Shown: one piece after another, positions 1-11,123 of the stretch
Position numbering within the stretch: position 1 is the first letter of the stretch
How the letters are laid out: each line of letters begins with the position of its first letter
Source: Mobula hypostoma
Lineage: Eukaryota
Direction of reading: 5' to 3'
Length of the DNA: 64,000 nt
Assembly (NCBI RefSeq): GCF_963921235.1
Contig: NC_086097.1
Span: 185,072,001-185,136,000, forward strand
Notes under the pieces: model-generated
Told to the model about the DNA's origin: nothing
The model's input: only the letters and a program-made list of their open reading frames with translations
The model's database searches: none
Translations under genes and position numbers: made by a program

Positions 1-430
1 CGAGAGGGGAGACATAACAAACAACTCGCTGGTCTACGATGTTAAAAGTCTGTTATGTCACCTCTTCCAAGCTCTGTGCCCAAAAATCTCAGGTCTCTGA
101 GCACACAGCCTTAGATCTTCCATCTCCCATGACACACCAATCTTCTGCCTGGACACCGGCTTCCGATCCCCTCCATCTCCAAAGCCACAAAACCTTGGGC
201 CTCCGAAAACAAGCAAAGCTACTTAGGCTGCATCTGTGGCATGCTAAACAATGGCTAGTCACGAAACCCCGAGAGCGGGTCCCATTCCCGCAAAGAACCA
301 TAGTCAACGTGTAACTCCAGGTCAGGGTCTTCAAAAGAACCCTGAAAGGGAAAAATAGAGGTACAAAAGATAGAGATAGAGCTGTTTCTGAAGATGCAAG
401 CAAAGGAGTTGCCCGTTAGGTGCCACTGTC
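1..430 (-). repeat. Probable 5' part of an unclassified non-autonomous retroelement, running off the window edge
   Basis: Non-coding stretch that ends abruptly against CR1 RT sequence at ~431; family not identifiable by eye. Confidence 0.3.
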
Positions 431-1512
431 TCTTCGAGTTTTTTGGGGATATAATGAGTGCAGTGGATAGAGGGGAACAGATGGACGTTATTTACTTGGT
501 GTTCTAGAAGGCATTTAATAAAGAGCCACATAAAAGACATCCATAAGGTAAGGATGCATTGAGCTGGGGGTAATGTATTAGTATGGATAGAGGATTGGTT
601 AACTAATAGAAAGCAGAGAGTTGGGATACATGGGCACTACTCTGGTTGGCAATCAGTGTTGAGTGGCGTGCTGCAGGGGCTGGTACTGGGCCCTCAGCTG
701 TTCATGATTTATATTAAAGATCTGGAAGAGGGGACCAAATCTAGTGTATCTAAGTTTGCTGATACTAAATTGAGTGGTAAAATGCAGCTGTGCAGAGGGT
801 CTTGGGAGTGCTTGTGCATGAATCACAAAAGGTTGGTTTGCGGGTGCAGCAGGCTATCAAGGTGGAAAATGGAATGTTGGCCTTCGTTGCTGGCGGGATC
901 GAAATTAAGAGCAGGGAGGTTATGCTGCAACTGTACAGGGTACTGGTGAGGCCACACCTGAAGTACTGTGTGCAGTTCTGGTCTCCTTACTTAAGGAAGG
1001 ATATACAGGCTTTGGAGGCGGTGCAGAGGAGATTCACCAGGTTGATTCCAGAGATGAGGAGGTCAGACTACGAGGAGAGATTGTGTCACCTGTGACTGTA
1101 TTCACTGGAAATCAGAAGAATGAGAGGAGATCTTACAGAAACATATAAAATTATGAAAGGGGTAGATAAGATAAAGGCAGGAAAGTTGTTTACACTGGTA
1201 GGTGAGACTAGAACTAGGGGATATAGGCTCAAGATTTGGGGGTGTAGATTTAGGATGGAGACGAGGAAGAACTGCTTTTCCCAGAGTGTGGTGAATCTAT
1301 GGAATTCTCTGCCCAATGAAGCAGTGAAGGCTACCTCAGTAAATATATTTTAGACAAGATGGATAGATTTTTGCATAGTAGCAGAATTAAGGGTTATGGG
1401 GAAAAGGCAGGTAGGTGGAGATGAATCAATGGCCAGATCATCCATAATCTTATTGAATGGCAGATCAGGCTCAACAGGCCAGATGGCCTACTCCCTCTCC
1501 TATTTCTTATGT
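431..1512 (+). mobile_element. CR1 LINE, 5'-truncated and decayed (RT C-terminus + 3' UTR)
   Basis: Peptides GVLQGLVLGPQLFMIYIKDL, SKFADTKL, LYRVLVRPHLKYCVQFWSPY, RGDLTETYKIMKG, VVNLWNSLP; tail ...cctatttcttatgtt. Confidence 0.92.
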
Positions 1513-1519
1513 TAGCTGG

Positions 1520-1735
1520 ATGGAAGTGAATCTGTGGAGTTCATTAACACAGATGTCTTTGGGAATATTTATAGTTGAGGTTGATTGGTTCTTGATTAGT
1601 CAGGGCATCACAGGTTATGGAGAGAAAGCGAGAGAATGCAGTTGAGATGGATAATAAATCAGACGTGATTAAATGGCAGAGAAGACTCGATGAGCCAAAT
1701 GGCCTAATTCTGCTCCTATGTCTTATGGCCTTAAG
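1520..1735 (+). mobile_element. CR1 3' end fragment
   Basis: gtgaatctgtgg...gaggttgattggttcttgatt...ctcctatgtcttatgg, similar to other CR1 tails in the window. Confidence 0.75.
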
Positions 1736-1779
1736 AAAAATATATTGGATAATAAATTTCCTTCTTCTAAGCAGAAGTT

Positions 1780-2957
1780 TCACAGAGTCGGTAACACTAC
1801 AGGACAGAAACAGACCCTTTGGCCGAACTAGTTGATGCCAAATGATTTATTCTGCCTAGTCTCATCAACCTGGTCCCTAGTCTTCCATAATTCAGTGAAA
1901 AAAACTTGCTTGCATTATACTATCTATACTCCTCATAATTTTGTATGAAGTACCTCCATCAGATTTCCAGTCATTCTCCTACATTCCAGGAAATAAAATC
2001 TTAACTTATTCAACTTTTCCCTATAATTCAAGTCCTCAAGTCCTGGCAACATTCTCGTACATTTTTTCCATACTTGTTCAGCCTTACTAGTGTCTTTCAT
2101 GTAGGTTGTTGTACCCTTCCAGGCCTTGTGGCACATCAGACTGCAACCTTGCCGTTTACTTTTTTAGCATTTTTCTCTGTTTTTACAAGGTTGAGTCGCT
2201 AGCTTGACGCTCAACCCAACACAGACAGAAAGCTTGGAAGGAACTGGCCAGATTCAAACCTGGGATCAATCACATCAAAGTCCAGTGTGGATGTCGCTGC
2301 AGCACTGGCTGCATTTTCATGGAGCTAGGTGACCAGAACTGCACGCAATACTCCAAATTAGGCCCTACCAATGTCCTATACAACTTCATCTTAGCATAAC
2401 TCGTGATTTATGAAGGCCAACAACCCTATCTGTGACGTTACTTTCAAGGTATTATAGATCTGTATTCCAGATTCCTTTGTTCTATCATCCTCTCCAGTGC
2501 CCCACAGCTCACCATGTAAGACCTACCCTGCTTGGGCCTTCCAAAGTGCAGTACCTCACACTTGTCTGCATAAAATTCCATCTGCCTTTTCTCAGCTGAT
2601 ATTTCTGGCTAGTTCAGATTCTGCTGCAAGCCATGTTAGTCTTCTTTGCTGTTCACTATACCCCCAATCTTGGTGATATCTGCAAAGATGCTGTTTTAGT
2701 TAACAATATTATTGTCCAGATCATTGGTATAGATGTCAAACAACAATGGACCCAGCACCATTCTCTGTGGCACACCACTCGACACATGCCTCCAGTCAAA
2801 GAAGGAACCATTTTCTATCACTCTCTTGCTTCTCTCACAGGGACAATATCAAATCTAATTTATTATCTCAGCTTGAATGCCAAGTGACTGAAACCTTTTG
2901 AACAACCTCCCATGTGGGACTTTGTCAAATGCCATGTAGACAACATCCACTGCCTTT
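1780..2957 (-). mobile_element. Old CR1 LINE fragment, interrupted by a SINE
   Basis: Minus peptide KCTRMLPGLEDLNYREKLNKLRFYFLECRRMTGNLMEV; RT motifs visible upstream. Confidence 0.8.
2105..2312 (-). mobile_element. tRNA-derived SINE
   Basis: Minus strand has an A-box-like start (gccagtgctgcagcg), a B-box-like ggtttgaatct and a caacaac tail; imperfect tttcatg duplication on the flanks. Confidence 0.6.
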
Positions 2958-4800
2958 AGACCTTAAGACCCTAAGACCATAAGACATGGGAACAGAATTA
3001 GTCCATTTGGCCCATTGAGTCTTCTCTGCCATTCAATCATGGTTGATGCGTTTTTCTCCCCAGCTCCTCAGCCTCACTCCCCAGCCTTCTCTGCGTAACC
3101 TTTGGTGCCGTGTCCAATCAAGAACCTATCAATCTCTGCCTTAAATACACCCAATGACCTGGCCTCCACAGCTCTCTGTGCTAACAAATTCCACAAATTC
3201 ACCACCCTCTGGTTAAAGAAATTTCTCCACATCTCTTTTTTAAATGGACACCCCTCTATTCTGAAGCTGTGCCCTCTTGTCCTCGACTCCCCCACCATGG
3301 GAAGCATCCTTTCCACATCTGCTCTGTCTAGGCCTTTCAACATTTGATATGTTTCAATGAGGTACACCCTCATCCTTCAAAATTCCAACGAGAACAAACC
3401 CAGAGCCATCAAACATTCCTCATTTGATAACATTTTCATTCCCAAAATCATCTTTGTGAAACTCCTCTGAATCTTCTCCAATGCCAGCACATCTTTTTTT
3501 AAGATGAGGAGCCAAAACTGTTCACAATACTCAAGAAAAGGCTTCACCAGTACCTTATAAAGCTTCAGAATCATATCCTTGCTCTTGTATTCTCGACCTC
3601 TTGAAATGAGTGCTAACATGGCAATTGCCTTCCTCACCACCATCTCTGTCTGCAAGTTAAACATTAGGGTGTTCTGTACAAGGACTCCCAAGTCCCTTTG
3701 CATCTTAGATTTCTGGATTTTCTCCTCGTTTAGAAAATATACTGCACATTTATTTCTACTACCAAAGTATATGACCATACATTTTCAAAAATTGTATTTC
3801 ATTTTCCACTCTCTTGCCCATTCTCCTGATCTCTCTAAGTCCTTATGCAGCTATCCTGCTTCCTCAAACCGCCTCTCCACCAATCTTTGTATCATCTTCA
3901 AACTTAGCAACAAAGCCATCTATTCCATCATCTACATCATTGATATACAGCATAAAAAGCAATCCCAACACCGACCCCTGTAGAACACCATTAGTCACTG
4001 GCAGCCAATCAGTAATGGATCCTTTTATTCCCACTAGCTGCCTCCTATCAATCAACCAATTTTCTAACCATGCCAGTAACTTTCTGATAATACCATGGAT
4101 TCTTAACACGTTAAGCAGCCTCATGTGTGGCACCTTCACAAAGGCCTTCTGTAAGTCCAAATATATAACATCCACTGTAACCCCTTTATCTATCCTACTT
4201 GTGATCTCCTCAAAAAACTCCCAACAGTTTCATCTGGCAAGATTTTCCTTTAAGGAAACCATGCTGGCTTTGTCCTATCTTGTCCTGTGTCACCTAGTAC
4301 TCCATAACCTCATCGTTATCAATTGACTCCAATATCTTCCCAATCAGAGGTCAGACTAACTGGTCTATAATTTCCTTTCTGCTGCCTTCCTCCTTTCTTA
4401 AAGAGTGGAGTGACATTTGCAATTTTCCAGTCCTCTGGCACCATGCCAGAGTCCAATGGCTTTTGAAAGATCATTACTAGTGCTATCACAATCTCGACCA
4501 CTACCTCTTTCAGAACCCTAGGGTGCAGTTCATCTGGTCTGGGTGACTTATGTACCCTTAAGCCTTTCAGCCTTTTGAGCACCTCCTTTGTAATAGTAAC
4601 TACAATCACTTCTCTTCCCTCACACCCTTCAGCATCTGGCACACTGCTAGTGTCTTCCACAGTGAAGACTGATGCAAAATACTCATTTAGTTCATCTGCC
4701 ATCTCCTTGTTCCCCATTATTATTTCTCCAGCCTCATTTTCTAGTGGCCCTATATCCACTTTCATCTCTCTTTTATTTTTTTTACATACTTGAATAAGCT
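2958..4800 (-). mobile_element. CR1 LINE ORF2 (linker + RT + 3' UTR), decayed
   Basis: Minus peptides MADELNEYFASVFT, KSPRPDELHPRVLKE, NYRPVSLTS, DVIYLDLQKAFVKVPH, AKFEDDTKIGG; (ataagacc)n-type tail at 2958-2990. Confidence 0.95.
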
Positions 4801-4859
4801 TTTGAAGTTGGCATTTTGCAAATTCCTTTGCATTCCAATAATCACCAGAAAATGGGCAG

Positions 4860-5295
4860 TAAAGTCTGCCCCACACATGCACTAATGCAACGTAAAGCTT
4901 GCCTGCAGCAGCATCCCAGGCATATATTGCACTTTCATAAAAGCAGCAGTCACAAGAAAATCAAAAATTAAACATAAATTATGCACTATTTTACAAAATA
5001 AAACACACAGTTAGAACCAAAATCAGATGAATTTTGGTATTAAGTAACCATATAATTGCTAAATTGTGATTAGGGTTTCACCAGTTGATTTAGGAACCAA
5101 ATGATTGAAGGGAAATAGCCATTCATGAACCTGGTAATGTGAGACTTCAGACTTCTGTACCGCCTGCCCATTGGTAGCTGCGAGAAGGTAGCATGGACCA
5201 GATGGTGGGGTTCTTAGATGATGGATGCTGCCTCCTTGAGACAGCACCTTCTGTAGATATTCCCAGTGATGGGCAGCAATGTGCTCATGACGTAT
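4860..5295 (-). mobile_element. Rex1/Babar LINE 3' end fragment
   Basis: Minus strand encodes degenerate SIIxxPHHP.....LPxGRRYRS, like the Rex1 C-terminus at 10301-10996. Confidence 0.6.
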
Positions 5296-5337
5296 TGTTA
5301 TTTACGGAGATCCTACTCCACTGTTAATTATAAGACC

Positions 5338-6292
5338 CTTGAGGAACAGCACTAGAGCTTCCATCTGGACACGTTGCAGACTTTCAGCCTTCTGCTATTT
5401 CAGATCACTCACTTCCTGTCTGAGTCATTTATGCTGTGACTCATCCATCTGTGTTGACTAATTTTTCTCTCTACCTTAGCACCAACCAGCCTGCTAGGGC
5501 TGTCATACTGCACCCCTTTTCACAAATTCGTATTCCTTTATTTGAATCCTCACCCTCTAATTTCATAGCATTTTTTTTTCAGTTTCCTTCTTTGTAACTT
5601 TCAACATTAAAACATTAAACAGATGACCTCTACAACTTACTTATACAATAATATAGTTTACCCCATGATATATAGTCCCTTTGACGTACCCATCCCTCCC
5701 CCACAGACTCTGCATGTTACCGTGTTCGGATATGGCCCAAGTGCGGAGTGAGAGACACTGAAGCAGGTCGATAGTTCACAGACTTTAATGTGAACAGTGT
5801 TAAAGGAAAGGAAAACAATAAATGTTAGGCCAAACAGGGCCGTTAACTAAAACACTCAAATGGAAAACGAAACCTACACTGCGGCTGAAAAGAACATCTA
5901 AACATTAAACGAATTCCGCTAGTCTTCAGAGTCAGTTGATTTGAAAGTCCAATATCTCAGGGAAGGCCGAATGCAAAACAGCGGCGAAGTGTTGCTATGC
6001 TCTGTCCAAGTCTCAACAAGCATGGCGACGGCAAGAATGGAGTTAAATACTATCATGATTAAATAATAATTACCGGACACATGTAAATTCACAAGTGCAA
6101 TTGTCGTATCTACTGCGCTGCCGAATCCGTGGTTGTGACACTGCACCATAAAACTACTCTGGTTTCTCCTTTTCCCAGTTCTGAAAAAAAGTCTTTAATC
6201 TGAAATGTGTCTGTGTCTGCTTCCATAGATGCTGTCTCTCCTGCTGACTATTTCCAGCATTTTGTTTTTAATTTGGATTTCCAACATCCCCA
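5338..6292 (+). mobile_element. Old Penelope-like element 3' remnant, interrupted by a solo LTR
   Basis: gaggaacagcac...ttccatctggacacgttgcag resembles the EEQHLIFxLGxLQ coding end of the PLE at 6437-7592; tail ccatagatgctg...cctgctgactatttccagcattttg at 6223-6265. Confidence 0.55.
5715..6140 (-). mobile_element. Solo LTR (426 bp), probably Gypsy or BEL type
   Basis: TGTTAC...GTGACA termini; perfect 5-bp TSD CTGCA (5710-5714, 6141-6145); ATTAAA and TATA-like motifs on the minus strand; second copy at 25039-25458. Confidence 0.88.
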
Positions 6293-6436
6293 GTTATATT
6301 TTGATTTTCACTCCAATTCTGTCCACTAATCTGCCAAAAATTAGAGTAGCTTATCAGCTAAGTGATATACCCTTCTCCCCCTTGCTCTGAAATCACTAAT
6401 AGTGGAATTTCAACAAAAGCATAATCCAAATAGACA

Positions 6437-7592
6437 ACATCAGGAATTCTGCAGATGCTGAAAATTCAAGCAACACGCATCAAAGTTGCCGGTGAACGCA
6501 GCAGGCCGGGCAGCATCTCTAGGAAGAGGTACAGTCGACGTTTCAGGCCGAGACCCTTCGTCAGGACTAACTGAAGAAAGAGATAGTAAGAGATTTGAAA
6601 GTGGGAGGGGAGGGGGTAGATCCAAAATGATAGGAGAAGACAGGAGGGGGAGGGATGGAGCCAAGAGCTGGACAGGTGATTGGCAAAGGGGATACGAGAG
6701 GATCATGGGACAGGAGGCCCAGGGAGAAGGAAAAGGGGGGGGGGAACCTAGAGGACGGGCAAGGGGTATAAAGGAAGAAAAAGGAGAGTGAGAGAAAGAA
6801 TGTGTGTATATCAATAACGGATGGGGTACGAGGGGGAGGTGGGGCATTAATGGAAGTTAGAGAAGTCAATGTTCATGCCATCAGGTTGGAGGCTACCCAG
6901 ACAGAATATAAGGTGTTGTTCCTCCAACCTGAATGTGGCTTCATCTTTACAGCAGAGGAGGCCGTGGATAGACATGTCAGAATGGGAATGGGATATGGAA
7001 TTAAAATGTGTGGCCACTGGGAGATCCTGCTTTCTCTGGCAGTCAGAGCGTAGGTGTTCAGCAAAACGATCTCCCAGTCTGCGTCGGGTCTCGTCAATAT
7101 ATAGAAGGCCACATCGGGAGCACTGTACGCAGTATATCACCCCAGCCGACTCACAGGTGAAGTGTCGCCTCACCTGGAAGGACTGTCTGGGGGCCTGAAT
7201 GGTGCTAAGGGAGGAAGTGTAAGGGCATGTGTAGCACTTGTTCCGCTTACAAGGATAAGTACCAGGAGGGAGAACAGTGGGGAGGGATGGGGGGGACGAA
7301 TGGACAAGGGAGTCACGTAGGGATCGATCCCTGTGGAGAGCAGGAGGGGGGCGGGGAGGGAAAGATGTGCTTAGTGGTGGGATCCCGTTGGAGGTGGCGG
7401 AAGTTACGGAGAATAATATGTTGGACCCGGAGGCTGGTGGGGTGGTAGTTGAGGACCAGGGGAACCCTAATCCTAGTGGGGTGGCAGGAGGATGGAGTGA
7501 GAGCAGATGTGCGTGAAATGGGGGAGATGCGTTTGAGAGCAGACTTGATGGTGGAGGAAGGGAAGCCCCTTTCTTTAAAACTTTGATGTATT
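6437..7592 (-). mobile_element. Penelope-like element, 5'-truncated (RT C-terminus, GIY-YIG endonuclease, 3' pLTR)
   Basis: FTCESAGVIYCVQCSRCGLLYIDETRRRLGDRFAEHLRS (GIY-YIG), FKERGFPSSTI...RVPLVLNYHP; 13-bp TSD ATCCAAATAGACA (6424-6436, 7593-7605). Confidence 0.95.
6532..6569 (-). ncRNA. Minimal type I hammerhead ribozyme in the Penelope 3' end
   Basis: Minus strand uAGUC-CUGACGA-AGG-gucucgg-CCU-GAAAC-GUC-GACUg: intact CUGANGA/GAAA/GUC core, stem I AGUC/GACU, stem II AGG/CCU, palindromic ACGU stem III. Confidence 0.8.
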
Positions 7593-7859
7593 ATCCAAAT
7601 AGACATCTATTTTTGTTCTTGCAGTCAGACAGTTCTCCACAAAATGGAGAACATGTTAATTACATTGAACCAAACTTGTCTTTTAGAATAAAAGATCAGG
7701 ATAACATTGCCTATTCAAAACCATTCAACATGAGTGAAGTGATTTTATAAACAGTTTTGAGCTTCTTTTGCTGGTGGTGTTAACTAAGTAGACAAATGTA
7801 GATTATGTTTATTGCAACTTAGAAATGAAAGAGAAAAGTTTTCCAGTGGCTTTACCACA

Positions 7860-9330
7860 TGAACATAAGATATAGGAAAATAATTAGACCATTTTGCCTA
7901 TCGAGTCTGCTCCGCCAATTCATCATGGCTGATTCAATTTTCCTCTCAGCACCAATCTCATGCCTTCTCCCTGTATCCCTTCATGCCCTGACCAATCACA
8001 AATCTATCAACCTCTGTCTTAAATATACATAAAAACTTGGACTCCACAATTGCCTGTGGCAAAGAATTCCACAGATTCACCACCTCTGGCTAAAGAAATT
8101 CCTCCTCATCTACGTTCTAAAAAGATGCCCAACTATTCTGAGGCTGTGACCTCTGGTCTTAGACTCTCCCACCATATGAAACATCCTCTCCGCATCCACT
8201 CTCTTGAGGCCTTTCATCATTCAATAGCTTTCAATTAGGTCAACTCTCATTTTTCTGAATTTCAGTGAATACAGGACCAGAACCATTGAGACTTATTATA
8301 TGAGAAGCCATTCAATCCTGGAATCATTTTCATGAACCTCCTTTGAACCTTCTCCAGTTTCAGCACATCCTTTCTAAGATAAGGGGCCCTAGACTGCTCA
8401 CAATACTCCAAGTGAGGCCTCACCAGAGCTTTATAAAGTTTCAACATTATATCCTTGTTTTTATATTCTAGCACTCTTAAAATGAATGCTAACATTGCAT
8501 TTGCCTTCTTCACTACAGACTCAACCTGCAAATTAACCTTTAGGGAATCCTCCACAAGGACTCCCAAGTCCCTTTGCATCTCGGTTTTTTGTATTTTCTC
8601 TCCATTTAGAAAATAGTCAATCCTTTCATTTCTTCTACCAGAGTGTATGACCATACACTTCACAACACTGTATTCCACTTCTTTGCCCTTTCTCTTAATC
8701 TAAGTCCTTCTAGAGCCTTTCTGCTTCCCCTCCACCTATTTTCATATCATCTGCAAACTTTGCAACAAGGCAATCAATTCCATCATCTAAATCATTGATG
8801 TATAACATAAAAATAATCGGTTCCAATACACAACCCTGTGGAACACCACATCGCCGGCAGCCAGCCAGAGAAGGCTCCCTTTATTCCCACTCTTTGCCTT
8901 CAGCCAATCAGCCTCTGCCTTATCCTTGCTAGAATCTTCCCTGTAATACCATGGATTCATAGCTTGTTCAGCAGCCTCATGTGTGGCATCTTGTCAAAGG
9001 CCTTCTGACAGCACATCAACCAATTCTCCTTTATCTAACCTGCTTTTTACTTCTTCAAAGAATTCCAACAGATTTGTCCAGCAAGATTTTCCCTTGAGGA
9101 CACCAGCTTATTTAATCATATGCCTCCAAGTACCCTGAGACCTCTTCCTTAATAATCAACTTCAACATATTCCCAACCATTGAGGTCAGACTAATTGGCC
9201 TATAGTTTCCTTTCTTCTGCCTCTCTCCCTTCTGGAAGAGTGGAGTGATATTTGCACTTTTCCAGTCTTCCGGAAGTATTCCAGAATCTAGTGATTCTTG
9301 AAAGATCATTATTAACGCCTCCACAATCTC
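7860..9330 (-). mobile_element. CR1 LINE fragment (RT + 3' UTR)
   Basis: Minus peptides EDWKSANITPLFQKG...[24 protein letters not shown]; aacataagatatagg tail. Confidence 0.92.
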
Positions 9331-9744
9331 TATTTACTATTTACATTGAATAGCAATTGTTGTAAATCTAGAAATACCAAGGTTTGATTTTCAGGATGGA
9401 ATAACTATTTTATTTTAAATTATTTTTGAAATGTGAATATCATTGGTGAAGCCAGTATTTGAAGTTCTTTCACAAAAACTCTCAAAGTTGGCGAGGATCA
9501 GCCATGTTGAAATTCTGAGGATGCTTTCTATAATGTGGTTCAGTATGGACCTTTACAATTTTGACATTGGGACAAGGAAGGAAAAGCATTAGATTTCTAA
9601 ATCATGATATGGTAAATTTGGTGGAATAAGCACCGATTCAGTGCGGCCTGCAGTTGTTCAACTGTGCGGTAGCAGTCATAGACATGTGTTTTACCAGAGC
9701 TACTCAAATATGTAATATTTGTAATATTTGTAATATATGTAATA

Positions 9745-9968
9745 ATGGTTCATCCGGACGGAGTGGGACGCTCCTCTTCTGTTCAAATCTTGCGTAGAAT
9801 ACGTTAAGTTCGTCAGGAAGAGAAGCGCCACAGTTATTGATATTCCCAGCCTTCTCCTTGCGCCCAATGATCTCATTTAGACCCTGCCATTGTCTACTAG
9901 CATCCCTCTGGTTAGCCTGGGCTTCCAACTTGGCTCAATATTGCCTCTTGACGCCCTTAATGGCATAT
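9745..9968 (-). mobile_element. Inverted upstream segment of the adjacent Rex1/Babar LINE
   Basis: Minus peptide LKYAIKGVKRQY*AKLEAQ...WQGLNEI...SLPDELNVFYARFE, the EN-RT linker typical of Rex1. Confidence 0.8.
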
Positions 9969-9974
9969 TTTAAT

Positions 9975-11123
9975 ATTTTAATACCACCGTTCCAAATAAA
10001 CTGATTCCTAAGCTCTGGAACCTGGGCCTTAGCACTCAGATCTGCAGCTGGATCTTCAGCTTCATCACAGACAGGACCCAGGCTGTAAAAATAGGGGACA
10101 AGCTCTCCTCTCCAATCACTCTGAGTGCCCGTGCCCCACAAGACTGTGTACTCAGCCCCCTGCTGTACTCACTGTACACCCATGATTGTGTAGCCAAGTT
10201 TCCATCAAATTCAATATTTAAGTCTGCTGATGACACAACAATTGTAGGCCGTATCTCGGGTAATAATGAGTTTAAGTACAGAGAGGAAATTAAGAACCTG
10301 GTGGCATGGTGCGAAGACAATAACCTATCCCTCAACGTCAGCAAGATGAAGGAATTGGTTGTTGACTTCAGAAGGAGTAGCGGACCGCACGACCCAATTT
10401 ACATTGGTGGTGCGCAAGTGGAACAGGTCAAAAGCTTTAATTTCCTTGGGGTCAATATCACAAATGACCTAACTTGGTCCAACCAAGTAGAGTCCACTGC
10501 TAAGAAGGCCCACCAGCACCTTTACTTCCTGAGAAAGCTAAAGAAATTTGGCCTGTCCCCTAAAACCCTCACTAATTTTTATAGATGCACCATAGACAGC
10601 ATTCTTCTAGGGTGCATCACAACCTGGTATGGAAATTGTCCTGTCCAAGACAGGAAGAAGCTGCAGAAGATCGTGAACACAGCGCAGCACATCACACAAA
10701 CCAATCTTCCGTCTGAGGACTCACTTTACACCGCACGCTGTCAGAGCAGTGCTGTCAGGATAATCAAGGACACGACCCACCCAGCCAACACACTTTTCGT
10801 CCCTCTTCCCTCCGGGAGAAGGCTCAGGAGCTTGAAGACTCGCAAGGCCAGATTTGGGAACAGCTTCTTTCCAACTGTGATAAGACTGCTGAACGGATTC
10901 GGACCCGGATCTGGGCCGTACCCTCCAAATATCCGGACCTGCATCTCAGTTCTTTTGCACTACCTTACTTTCCATTTTTATATTTTATATTTATGATTTA
11001 TAATTTAAATTTTTAATATTTACTATCGATTTGTAATCCAGGGAGCGTGAAGTGCAGAATCAAATATCGCTGTGATGATTGTACGTTCTAGTATCAATTG
11101 TTCGGTGACAATAAAGCATAAAG
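9975..11123 (+). mobile_element. Rex1/Babar LINE (RT + C-terminal domain + 3' UTR)
   Basis: FNT.VPNKL, PQDCVLSPLLYSLYTHDC, KSADDTTIVG; ORF 10301-10996 WCEDNNLSLNVSKMKELVVDFRR...LYFLRKLKK...LPSGRR...NSFFPTVIRLLN; tail caataaagcataaag. Confidence 0.93.

Noticed and set aside
6440..6869. Pro/Ser-rich and Gly-rich ORFs (also 43914-44335)
   Set aside because: They are translations of the purine/pyrimidine-skewed Penelope 3' UTR
10301..10996. Longest ORF (231 aa) as a host gene
   Set aside because: It is the Rex1/Babar RT C-terminus inside a truncated, rearranged LINE
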